Part shown: positions 7,547 through 16,164 of the stretch, one piece after another | Position numbering within the stretch: position 1 is the first letter of the stretch | Layout of the letters: each line of letters starts with the position of its first letter | NCBI GenBank assembly: GCA_945898205.1 | Contig: CAMDHO010000004.1 | Coordinates: 7,830-71,829, forward strand | Reading direction: 5' to 3' | DNA from: Chlamydia trachomatis | Lineage (GTDB): Bacteria; Chlamydiota; Chlamydiia; Chlamydiales; Rhabdochlamydiaceae | Length of the DNA: 64,000 nt | The notes under the pieces: generated by a model | Told to the model about the DNA's origin: nothing | The model's input: only the letters and a program-made list of their open reading frames with translations | Database searches by the model: none | Position numbers and translations under genes: made by a program

Positions 7547-9865
7547 GGCTATAGACTCGATAACCAAGGATCGAAGTGGAGGAGTTTTTAAACAAACAGC
7601 GCCCTCTTTAGTGATGAGAGACTCCCCATGGATCCAGAGTTGTTCTAAGGGGTGGTGTTGTAGGGCTGAGAGGACTTTGTCGCTAAGGTGAGGGCAGTCT
7701 TTGAGTACTAAACGACGTAAATGGTTACTGTTTTGGAAGAAATGAAGGAATGCTTCTTCAGTGATATTGGGTCCTTCAAATAGTTTAAAGTGAGACAATC
7801 GGGGCCCAATTCGTTTTAGCCCTTGGCTGGTCAAATTTCGGCCGTTTAGTGCAAGATCTGATAAATTTGGGCAAGCATGAAGAAGTAGGAGTAGTCCTGT
7901 ATCTGAGATTTGATGAGCAGAGGAGAGGTCTAACTTTTGAAGGTTTTTAGGGACTCCTTTTTCAAAGAGATCATCAGTGAGATCTGTGATTCCCTTGAGG
8001 TAAACTCTTTCTAAATAAGGGCACTTTTGAAATAAACTGGTAATCCCATAATCTGTGAGCAGTAAGCAGTTTTCGAGTCGTATTTCTCGGATTGCTTCAT
8101 GAGCGGTGTTTATTAGTTCCTGATCGAAAATTAGACTTTCTGAGAAATCAAGTTCAACATTATCTAGGAGAGGTGTCGTTTTTAAAGATAGTTGACTATA
8201 GTAGGCGTCAATAGAAGCAAAAAATTGCTCAGATTGTTGATGAAGGTATTCTTCTATTTCTGGATGAAGTGCTGCAATATTATGGATTTCTTGAGGGTCT
8301 TGTATTAAGTGATAGAGTTCTCCGCTTATCCATTTCCAGGGACCTGTTCGCGCGGCCATAAACCCTTCGGAGTAGGGGTTCTGTAGGAAAATTGTCCTGT
8401 CTTGATTTTCTCTTAGCAATGAATCCCCCACATGAGGCAAGTCTAGTTTGAGATTTAATAGATCGATTATAGTGGGCATCAGATCGACTTGAGAACTTAA
8501 AGTGTCTATTTCTTTTGGTTGAGTGATATTGCCATCTGCTAAAATAAGAAGAGGAATATGCACGTTTTCTTCGAAAAGAAATCTTGAATTACAGAAGTTG
8601 TCTTGGTGTTCTCCCATCGGTTGCCCATGATCTCCGAGAATGAATAGAATTGTTTTTTTGCTAAGTTGTTTTTCTTTTAAGAGATCGACAAAAAGGCCGA
8701 GGCAAGAATCTGTATAATGAATTGTTTGTAAAAAGCGCTCTTGAGGATGATTTGGAGGGAATCCAAAAGAGGGCGCATTATAATGTTTTGGTAAGAGCCA
8801 AGGATGATGGTTTGAGATAGTAAAGAGGGTTAAAAAAGTTGGTTTTTTTTGGTTTTCTAGCCAGTTTATTGAATAGTGCATTAAATGTTCATCGTCGATT
8901 CCCCATCCAAAACAAGGACTTGTACTGATATTGTGATGGTCATAAAGTTCGTCAAAATGCGGCTTTAAAAAATCTTTTTGACGGTCAAAGCATAGTGATC
9001 CACTTTGTTGAAAGGATGTTTGATATCCAGCGCGTTTCAGAATTTCGGGTAATCCAAAAAAGGGAACCTTTACATAAGGTTTTAATCCTTCTGCGGAGCT
9101 GCCGGGTGGAATTCCAAAAAGTGCCGATAAAAGAGCTCGATAGGTTAATGTTCCATTTGAATAAAATCGAGAAAAAAAGAATCCTTCTTGTTTTAGTTTT
9201 TCAAAATGGGGTGTGGATTTAGTTCCTGTTGCTTTTTGGCCAAATGATTCTAAAAAAAGAAAGATAATGTGGGGAGGCTCCTTCATATTTTCTAAATTTA
9301 AAAGTTTAGGCCCTGAGAAATGGAAGGAGTTTGGGATAGGGGATGTATCGCTTTTCTTCCCTTTTATGTGTTTTTGAAGATTAAGCATTTCTTGAAATAG
9401 AGGGTTGTTTACCGCGTATGCTTGAGTTCCTAGTTGAGAAGTTCCTATAAAGGCTATAATGCCAGAGCCTAAAAAAAAAGGAATATACCACAGGGGGAAG
9501 TTAAGGGAAAATTGAGATAAAAACAGTATGTGCACGCTGATAAGGCAAGTGCTGATTGCTAAAAAAGGGAATAGCCCCATCTTACGAGCTGAAGAATAGA
9601 GTGATGTTAAGTCTCTTATATGACGTAAATAGCAAAGCTTCATTCGTAAATGCATATGATGCATGAGCCAGGCGTCGAGCAGCAAATAGAGATGAAAAAA
9701 GAGCCCTAGGCCGGCCGTTAAAAAAGGCGAAATAGGAATCAAAAGACAAATTCCTAAGGTTAAGAATAGGTCTTGAGAGAAACCTACCCAATAAACATGA
9801 GAAAATAAAGAAAATCGGAATCTTAAAAAAACTGGAATTGTCAAATAAAATAATAGAAATAACAT
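7481..9865 (-). CDS. membrane LtaS/MdoB-type sulfatase-family (phosphoglycerol/alkaline-phosphatase superfamily) enzyme fused to a C-terminal leucine-rich-repeat domain
   Basis: About 5 N-terminal TM helices. Sulfatase-family motifs: IIFLFLESFG, SNGTLTYRALLS, ISNHHPW, LGDHGQPMGEH, VDLMPTIIDLL. The C-terminal ~200 aa holds repeats of the type CPxLxxLxLxxCxxITDxGL (e.g. CPYLERVYLKGITDLTD, CPNLSDLALNG, CPHLSDKVLSAL). Confidence 0.8.
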   Translation of the reverse strand: MLFLLFYLTIPVFLRFRFSLFSHVYWVGFSQDLFLTLGICLLIPISPFLTAGLGLFFHLYLLLDAWLMHHMHLRMKLCYLRHIRDLTSLYSSARKMGLFPFLAISTCLISVHILFLSQFSLNFPLWYIPFFLGSGIIAFIGTSQLGTQAYAVNNPLFQEMLNLQKHIKGKKSDTSPIPNSFHFSGPKLLNLENMKEPPHIIFLFLESFGQKATGTKSTPHFEKLKQEGFFFSRFYSNGTLTYRALLSALFGIPPGSSAEGLKPYVKVPFFGLPEILKRAGYQTSFQQSGSLCFDRQKDFLKPHFDELYDHHNISTSPCFGWGIDDEHLMHYSINWLENQKKPTFLTLFTISNHHPWLLPKHYNAPSFGFPPNHPQERFLQTIHYTDSCLGLFVDLLKEKQLSKKTILFILGDHGQPMGEHQDNFCNSRFLFEENVHIPLLILADGNITQPKEIDTLSSQVDLMPTIIDLLNLKLDLPHVGDSLLRENQDRTIFLQNPYSEGFMAARTGPWKWISGELYHLIQDPQEIHNIAALHPEIEEYLHQQSEQFFASIDAYYSQLSLKTTPLLDNVELDFSESLIFDQELINTAHEAIREIRLENCLLLTDYGITSLFQKCPYLERVYLKGITDLTDDLFEKGVPKNLQKLDLSSAHQISDTGLLLLLHACPNLSDLALNGRNLTSQGLKRIGPRLSHFKLFEGPNITEEAFLHFFQNSNHLRRLVLKDCPHLSDKVLSALQHHPLEQLWIHGESLITKEGAVCLKTPPLRSLVIESIALIKETGTKKKFFSKAIEHMSF

Positions 9866-9880
9866 GTTTTGAGAATAGAA

Positions 9881-9915
9881 GCAGTGTCTTTTTTTTTAAA
9901 GTAAAAAGACACTGC
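9881..9915 (-). terminator. hairpin between two minus-strand genes (putative terminator of the cysJ-like gene)
   Basis: gcagtgtc (9881-9888) pairs with gacactgc (9908-9915). The stem is extended by T-run/A-run pairing and lies 8 nt downstream of the stop at 9923. Confidence 0.5.
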
Positions 9916-9922
9916 GTATAAT

Positions 9923-11107
9923 TTAATAGACGTCTGTCATGTACTGTCTAGAGGTTCGAAGATGTTTTAAATAAGCTCGAGCTTCGACTTCAGATAGCTT
10001 TCCATATTGTTCAATGATGGTAAGTAGGGTAGCTTCTACATCTTTTGCCATTTTACTTGCATCGCCACATACATAGAGGTAAGAGCCGTTAGAAATCCAA
10101 TTCCATAGTTCTTCTGCATTTTCTAAAATTTTATGTTGTACATATTCTTTGGAGTCTTGATCTCTAGAAAAAGCGGTGGTAAGCTTTAGTTGATTTTGAT
10201 TTTCTAGCTCTACTAAATAGTCTTCATAAAGAAAGTCGTATTTGCGGGTGCGTTCTCCAAAAAAGAGCCAATGCTTTCCTGTGGCTTTGTCACAGAGCCT
10301 CTCTTGAAGAAAGGCTCTATATGGAGCAACTCCAGTTCCTGGGCCAATCATAATTAGATTTTGAGAGGAGTCTTCAGGAAGTTTAAAGTGAGCGGCTGGT
10401 TGTATATAAATAGGGATTGCTGTTTGCTTTTCAGTAGCTAAATGGCAAAGAAAGTGACTTGCAACTCCATAGCGGATTTCTTCTCCGTGAGGATAAGAAA
10501 GAAGGGCTACAAGAAGGTGTAATTCTGTTGGGTGGGCTTTTACAGAAGAGCTGATCGAGTAAAAACGAGGAAGAAGCGGTGTAAAATGCTCTGCAATTTC
10601 TTGTAAAGAGCTTGGGCTTTCCTGTAAAAGAAGCAGTATGTCGATTAAGTCTTTACCTTGAATAAATTCAGCTAAAGCCGCTTTGTTTTCTGGTTCTAAA
10701 AGTATCCTTAATTTTTCTATTTGTAGAGGCTTTTGGCTTTTTTGAAAAAAAAATCGGATTAAAGATGTATTAATTCTTGTAAAGTTGACTTTGTGGACTA
10801 GATAATCTTCAGAAGTCATTTCTTTTTGAGAGCGAGGGTCGATCAAGAGGTCATGAGGTTTAGTAGAAAGAAGAGATAAAAATTTCCTTACTAAGTGTGG
10901 GTCGTTTTGAGGGAGTATTCCGATGGAATCTCCTGGGTGAAATATGAGATCAGACCCTTGGATGTCCAAGGAGATGTGGTATGTCTTTTTTGATGAATTC
11001 GGGTGAGACAAAAGAAATTTTTCTTTCAAGAAGACAGAGTAAGGATCGGTCTTGCTATAGTGCTCTGGAATGTTTTTTTTTGTGTTTTCTAAATTGCTCA
11101 TGGACAA
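9923..11107 (-). CDS. CysJ-like FAD/NADPH-binding flavoprotein reductase (ferredoxin-NADP reductase-type module, no FMN/flavodoxin domain)
   Basis: RFYSISSS (RxYS FAD motif), GPGTGVAPYRAFLQER, LFFGERTRKYDFLYEDY, YVCGDASKMAKDV and the C-terminal ...TDVY. The N-terminus (YSKTDPYSVFLKEK...) aligns by eye with the start of the CysJ FAD domain. Confidence 0.8.
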   Translation of the reverse strand: MSMSNLENTKKNIPEHYSKTDPYSVFLKEKFLLSHPNSSKKTYHISLDIQGSDLIFHPGDSIGILPQNDPHLVRKFLSLLSTKPHDLLIDPRSQKEMTSEDYLVHKVNFTRINTSLIRFFFQKSQKPLQIEKLRILLEPENKAALAEFIQGKDLIDILLLLQESPSSLQEIAEHFTPLLPRFYSISSSVKAHPTELHLLVALLSYPHGEEIRYGVASHFLCHLATEKQTAIPIYIQPAAHFKLPEDSSQNLIMIGPGTGVAPYRAFLQERLCDKATGKHWLFFGERTRKYDFLYEDYLVELENQNQLKLTTAFSRDQDSKEYVQHKILENAEELWNWISNGSYLYVCGDASKMAKDVEATLLTIIEQYGKLSEVEARAYLKHLRTSRQYMTDVY

Positions 11108-11176
11108 AAGTTGGTAAATAGGGTAAATAAAAAACTATAACAGCTAGATAAGCCTTAAATTAAGGACCTGTATAAT

Positions 11177-11296
11177 ATGAACCGATTGATCCTGTTGTTG
11201 CTTTTAATAGGCCTCTCTGGTTGCGCTCAAAGTGGCTACACCCCTGCTTACATCATTTCTGATGTAGAGAAGGAGTCTTATGAGGTAGATGAATGA
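11177..11296 (+). CDS. small putative lipoprotein (39 aa), below the ORF-track size cut-off
   Basis: My own translation is MNRLILLLLLIGLSGCAQSGYTPAYIISDVEKESYEVDE. It has a lipobox (L-S-G-C) after a hydrophobic h-region. AAGGA lies 10 nt upstream of the ATG, with TATAAT immediately upstream. Confidence 0.45.
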   Translation: MNRLILLLLLIGLSGCAQSGYTPAYIISDVEKESYEVDE

Positions 11297-11301
11297 TTGT
11301 T

Positions 11302-12804
11302 TTAAACAATCAGCGCTTTTCCATCTTTTTTAACCCAAGCTTTCGTTAAGAGATCTAGCTTTTTATTTGAGATGCCACCTAAAAGTTCTATGGCATTTAA
11401 AAGTCTAGCTCTAGTGCGATCTTTACCTAAGATTTCAACAGAAGTAAAAAGAGGCGGGCCTTGTTTTTTTCCGGTAAGACTTACGTATAAGATGGGGATA
11501 ATCGCTTTTTTGTGGTGCAGCCCAAAGATTTCAGCAACATCACGTGATGCTTTTTCAATCCCTGTTTTTCCCCAATTTTCTTGTTCATCCAGGCTCCAAA
11601 TGATAGCCTGTAAAGCAAAGATAATGCTTTCTTTAGAAAGGCCATCAGAGCAAAGAGTTTCTTCTGTATAATCTAGATGGTTGATGAAGAAAAATCCGCA
11701 AAGCTCAATAAATTCGGAAAATGTTTTAATGCGAGTGTGGCATAAAGGCATAAGCTTATTGACAAAAGTCTCGTTAAAAGCCCATCCTTGGATTCTTTCC
11801 CAAAGTTTGTTTTCTGGAATTGTTTTAATAAGATATTGTTGATTAAGCCAATCCAATTTCAAGTGGTCAAAAAAAGCTCCAGATACACCGATGCGTTTTG
11901 GATCGAATTCTTCAATCAGGTCGGCTAAGGAATACATCTCTCGGTCTCCAGTCATACTATATCCCATAAGAGATAGGAAGTTGAGAAAGGCTTCTGGTAG
12001 GTATCCAGTGTCTCTATAATAGAAAATCGAGGTAGGATTTTTTCTTTTAGAGAGCTTTTTTCCGCCTTTTCCTAAAAGAAGAGGCATGTGCATAAAGACA
12101 GGTGGGATCCATCCAAAGCTTTCGTAAAGCATCATATGCTTAGGCGTAGAGCTCATCCACTCGTCTCCGCGGATGACGTGTGTAATTTCCATAAGATGAT
12201 CATCGACGACATTGGCTAAGTGATAAGTTGGAAATCCATCAGACTTTAAAAGAATTTGATCGTCGACATCGGCCCAAGGGCAAGAAATTCTTCCTTTAAT
12301 GCCATCTTCAAAAGCACAATCTCCAGTTAGAGGTATTTTTAAGCGTACCACGTAAGGCTGCCCTTCTTTTTCTCTTTTGGCAACTTCTTCCATGCTCAAA
12401 TTTCTATAGCGTCTATCATACCCAACTCGTTGACCTAGTGTTGCGGCCATTTCTTTCATTTCAGAAAGTTCTTCGGGCGTAGCAAAACATTTATAGGCTT
12501 TTCCTGAATCCAGTAATTTTTGGCAGTATTCTTGGTAAATAGCAGTTCTTTCAGATTGTCTATAAGGTCCATACTCTCCGCCCACATCAGGACCCTCATC
12601 CCAAGTAATTCCAGCCCATTTTAAAGCTTCGTAGATGCTGGTTTCATATTCGGGTCTTGATCGGGTTCTGTCGGTGTCTTCAATTCTTAAGATGAATGTG
12701 CCTTTGAAGTGTTTAGCAAAAATAAGATTGAAAAGAGCCATGTAAGCAGTCCCTACATGAGGGTCGCCGGTCGGAGAGGGGGCTATGCGTACGCGTACGG
12801 TCAT
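11302..12804 (-). CDS. gltX: glutamyl-tRNA synthetase
   Basis: [21 protein letters not shown] (HIGH region) and KLSKRK (KMSKS motif). I moved the start to Met39 of the listed ORF (cat at 12802-12804). The upstream 38 codons look non-native. Confidence 0.92.
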   Translation of the reverse strand: MTVRVRIAPSPTGDPHVGTAYMALFNLIFAKHFKGTFILRIEDTDRTRSRPEYETSIYEALKWAGITWDEGPDVGGEYGPYRQSERTAIYQEYCQKLLDSGKAYKCFATPEELSEMKEMAATLGQRVGYDRRYRNLSMEEVAKREKEGQPYVVRLKIPLTGDCAFEDGIKGRISCPWADVDDQILLKSDGFPTYHLANVVDDHLMEITHVIRGDEWMSSTPKHMMLYESFGWIPPVFMHMPLLLGKGGKKLSKRKNPTSIFYYRDTGYLPEAFLNFLSLMGYSMTGDREMYSLADLIEEFDPKRIGVSGAFFDHLKLDWLNQQYLIKTIPENKLWERIQGWAFNETFVNKLMPLCHTRIKTFSEFIELCGFFFINHLDYTEETLCSDGLSKESIIFALQAIIWSLDEQENWGKTGIEKASRDVAEIFGLHHKKAIIPILYVSLTGKKQGPPLFTSVEILGKDRTRARLLNAIELLGGISNKKLDLLTKAWVKKDGKALIV

Positions 12805-12961
12805 AGGGGTGTATCCTTGTCTTTTCGTGATAAATGAAATTAGAAAGCAATTGTAGCATGTTAAGCTTAGAATGCAAGTATAATTACAGCTTCGGATTAG
12901 GTGCTTTGCACGCATCAATCAAAATAAGATTTATCATTTTTTAGGTCTTAAGTGGGGGCGA

Positions 12962-14260
12962 TTAGGAAAGCAGCCACTTCCAGATAGGAATAATCTTAAT
13001 TTGTAGGAGCATATCTTTTTCCTGGATCTCTTCAATCCCTTCCTCGTCCAAAGTAAGAATTAAGCCTTCTGAAAGTTGATGGATTTCTATTGCCTCAAGA
13101 AGTCCGCGAAACTCTCGTTTCTTTACTTCAGGGTCATGAAGTGTTTTAGTAACTTGTATAGCTTCTGAAATTTTAAGTTCTTTTTTCACAAGAAAATCGC
13201 ATTCATATTTCTGTTTATGAAAATAGATCTCTTTATTTCGACGTTTCAATTCGTTATGCACTAGGGTTTCTAGAATTCTTCCGCTGTCTTCGGAGAATCG
13301 AAATGAAATAGCGACTGCAAGCCCTACATCTGCAATATATATTTTTTTGTCACTTCTAAGTTGGTTTTTTAGAGAATAGTCAAATTTGTAAAGTTCATTA
13401 AAAAGGAAAATTTCGTAAAAGTGTGAGCAATAATCCATAATTGTTTGTGGATGCATGCCAAGTGCTGTAGCGCATCCTCTATAGCTAAAAGCTTTAGCGC
13501 TATTTGTTGCGAGATAAATGCCTAATTCTTTGATTTTGCTTAAATTTACTTCGTATCTCGAAGCGATGTCTTTGTAAATAAAATCTTCAAAATAGCTAAT
13601 GAGCAGTTCTTTTTGTAAAACAGGGCGTAAAGCAACTGCAGGGAAAGCCCCTAACTCAAGATATTGAATAAAATGACTTTTTATAAGAGTTTCTGTTTTG
13701 GAAGAAACAGGAAGTTTTGTGTCTTTTATGGATTTAAATTGTAAATATTCTTCAAAAGAGAGGGGAAAAACTTTTATAGTAATATTTCTTCCAGTTAAAA
13801 GCGTAGCGAACTCTTTTTTAATAAAAGAAGAATTGGATCCACTAATCCAAATTTGTGGGATTTCTTTCCGGTCATGCATCTTGCGAATAAAAGAGATCCA
13901 ATCAGGGCAGTTTTGAATTTCGTCTATAAAGAGGTTCTTTACCGGCAGGATCATTTGATAGGCTTCTACAATTTCATTCAGGCTGTGTTTTTTCAGGACT
14001 TCGTCTTCAAAGTTTATATATAGAACGGTGTCTCCCATTTTTAATATCTTTTCAATGACTTGGTAAAGCAGAGTGCTTTTTCCAACTCTTCTAGCTCCTT
14101 CCAGAACTTTTACCTCGAGGATTTGAAGATAGGGCTCGAGAAGGTAGTTGCGAGAAAAGCCCGACAACTCTTCTGGAAACTGTCCTTTTATCCAAGGATT
14201 CCAATCATAAAGAGACTTTAGAATTGCTTCTTTCATAAAAACTCGCGAATGTGTTGACAT
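12962..14260 (-). CDS. AAA+ ATPase of the AAA_14 + DUF4143 type (COG1373-like)
   Basis: Walker A (GARRVGKSTLL), Walker B-like (LFIDEIQ), and a size and C-terminal region typical of this family. Confidence 0.7.
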   Translation of the reverse strand: MSTHSRVFMKEAILKSLYDWNPWIKGQFPEELSGFSRNYLLEPYLQILEVKVLEGARRVGKSTLLYQVIEKILKMGDTVLYINFEDEVLKKHSLNEIVEAYQMILPVKNLFIDEIQNCPDWISFIRKMHDRKEIPQIWISGSNSSFIKKEFATLLTGRNITIKVFPLSFEEYLQFKSIKDTKLPVSSKTETLIKSHFIQYLELGAFPAVALRPVLQKELLISYFEDFIYKDIASRYEVNLSKIKELGIYLATNSAKAFSYRGCATALGMHPQTIMDYCSHFYEIFLFNELYKFDYSLKNQLRSDKKIYIADVGLAVAISFRFSEDSGRILETLVHNELKRRNKEIYFHKQKYECDFLVKKELKISEAIQVTKTLHDPEVKKREFRGLLEAIEIHQLSEGLILTLDEEGIEEIQEKDMLLQIKIIPIWKWLLS

Positions 14261-14394
14261 ACTTCAATATATCATTTTTTGTATTTTTGATATAGTTCAA
14301 TATGTCAAAAACGCAAACTTATCATTTTAAGCAGTTTGTGAAATCCAACCGGAAGGACACGAATGTAAGGAGAAATTACTTGATGAAAGTTTTC

Positions 14395-16089
14395 TTAGCT
14401 AAGATCTAACCCATCTATGTTTGGAGGAGCCGTTATATCGTGCCAGAATTTTCTGATTTCATTGATCCCGAGTAACGAGTAACCAATGGACAGTGATCCT
14501 AAAGAGAAATATACTACTCGGGGATCTGTTTTTCCTAAGAGCGCGGACATGCCTAGAGGTAGGGATTCCCCTATTGCGTCACGAATTGCTATTCCTTGCG
14601 CTAAAGATACTCGGCTATTTAGAAGAGAATTGGGTTTGTGTTCATTGAGGGGTTTGGCGGTTTGCATTTCATTTTTTAGCACTGCAATAGTAAAGGTGAA
14701 TCCTGCGAGCCGAGCAATACTGAGAGCTATTTCATTCATAGGGATGAGCGCTCTAAGAGCGGCTACTGCAGTAGCTTGAATTACTCCAGTGGCTTGTAGA
14801 TGCAATGTTAAAGAGGTTTTAGGAGGGGGTTGATCTGCATTGCTATTTTTTCTGAAAAGCCAGCCGGACACTTTGGAGTACGTCTTTATTGCTACATAAG
14901 AAGCGGCTAATGTCCCAAGTGAGATAACGCCTACAACCCGATCTTCATTTATGCCATACTTATATTTAGCGACGCAATATTGTATTGCTTCAGAGGATTT
15001 CATGGCTTCCATGCTAACCTGAAACTGCATGGCTGGTAAAAAATCAACAAAATGATTTTCTCCGAGTATAGGAGCGAATCCCATCACATAATCGACACAG
15101 TTGTCGTAAAAGGGGTTGTATTTCGTGTCTATTTCATCGGATTGTTTTTTGCTCCAAATCGATTCTGCTTGTTTATCACTGATATGAAAAGTAGACTTAA
15201 GATATAAGTTCTCGTCTGAATATTTTTTTCCTAGGGAAGAGTCATTAACAATTACTCCGGATCCTTCAATCGATAGATTTGGATAACGGCCAAAGCTTTC
15301 CTGATAAGAGGCGCCATTTGCACAGGAAGAACAGTCTAGTCCTACAAACGAATGACCTGGATTCATGTAAACTGTGAATCTATTATCTGACGGGGCTTTT
15401 TGAGCTCGGGCGGCAAGAGTGGCATGTACTTGTTTGGCGTCTGTATGTCTTAAAGTATGTAGAACTCCCTTTGTGTCTCTGACAATTGTATTGCAATAGC
15501 TTTGAGCCGGAGTGGAAAATTCATCTAAAGGGATTTGATCTAGAAGAGAAATTTCGCTAGGAACGCTACAATCTTCTAAAGTTTGTGCAGTAAAATAAAC
15601 ATTTGGATTTAAAGCAACTTGGCTTTTAGGGGTTCTTTCTAAGATGAAATTAACAGTTTCTAGAGCTCCATTTCTAGCGGCGATATGAAGAGCTGTAATA
15701 TTTCGCTGATGTTGTTTTAACGGATTTAATATGCCGCGAATTACAAAAGTCCGTATTATAGTTTTTGCTAAATCTTGATCTTGATCCAGTAGAAGATAGC
15801 CTGAAAGCCGAGACGCAAGCGTCGGGTCCTCTAAGATTCCTGAACTTTCTATGGAAGCTCCGTAGCTTAGTAATATACTTATAGCGGGTAAGTCAAGTCG
15901 TTCAGCAGCATCGTATAGAGCTGTTTTTCCATCTATTCCGACGCAGTTGAGGGCTTCGACAGCTCCTCGGGCAAGGGAAGTTTGCAGGTCCTCCAAAGAA
16001 GGGTCGGGGCTATACAGATGAGGTTCAAAATCCCATGAGTTTGCGTGGCTCCAATATGTAGAGCAGTTTAGTTTTTGCGGGATTGTCAT
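14395..16089 (-). CDS. ankyrin-repeat protein with central His/Cys permuted-papain-like (PPPDE/DeSI- or LRAT-like) domain and C-terminal hydrophobic helices, paralogue A
   Basis: Ankyrin motifs: GKTALYDAAERLDLPAISILLSYGASIE and NITALHIAARNGALETVNFIL. The core is NPGH(246)SFVGL ... ESFGRYP ... GSGVIVND ... KYNPFYDNC(331)VDYV. At least 4 hydrophobic segments lie after residue 380. Confidence 0.6.
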   Translation of the reverse strand: MTIPQKLNCSTYWSHANSWDFEPHLYSPDPSLEDLQTSLARGAVEALNCVGIDGKTALYDAAERLDLPAISILLSYGASIESSGILEDPTLASRLSGYLLLDQDQDLAKTIIRTFVIRGILNPLKQHQRNITALHIAARNGALETVNFILERTPKSQVALNPNVYFTAQTLEDCSVPSEISLLDQIPLDEFSTPAQSYCNTIVRDTKGVLHTLRHTDAKQVHATLAARAQKAPSDNRFTVYMNPGHSFVGLDCSSCANGASYQESFGRYPNLSIEGSGVIVNDSSLGKKYSDENLYLKSTFHISDKQAESIWSKKQSDEIDTKYNPFYDNCVDYVMGFAPILGENHFVDFLPAMQFQVSMEAMKSSEAIQYCVAKYKYGINEDRVVGVISLGTLAASYVAIKTYSKVSGWLFRKNSNADQPPPKTSLTLHLQATGVIQATAVAALRALIPMNEIALSIARLAGFTFTIAVLKNEMQTAKPLNEHKPNSLLNSRVSLAQGIAIRDAIGESLPLGMSALLGKTDPRVVYFSLGSLSIGYSLLGINEIRKFWHDITAPPNIDGLDLS

Positions 16090-16164
16090 TATTATTTCCG
16101 TATTAAGTTAATTTAAAATGTATATTGTATTTTTTAAAAAACGTTATTTAACCAGCGAGTTTTC

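Noticed and set aside
12805-12918. N-terminal extensions of housekeeping ORFs in the ORF track: gltX 38 extra codons, hisS 29, purA 17, lpxC 20, porin-like 22, transporter 5.
   Set aside because: The extensions are Cys/Leu-rich or otherwise unlike the conserved N-termini of these families. Internal Met codons coincide with the canonical family N-termini (for example [13 protein letters not shown] and MSNVIVVVGIQWGDEGKG).
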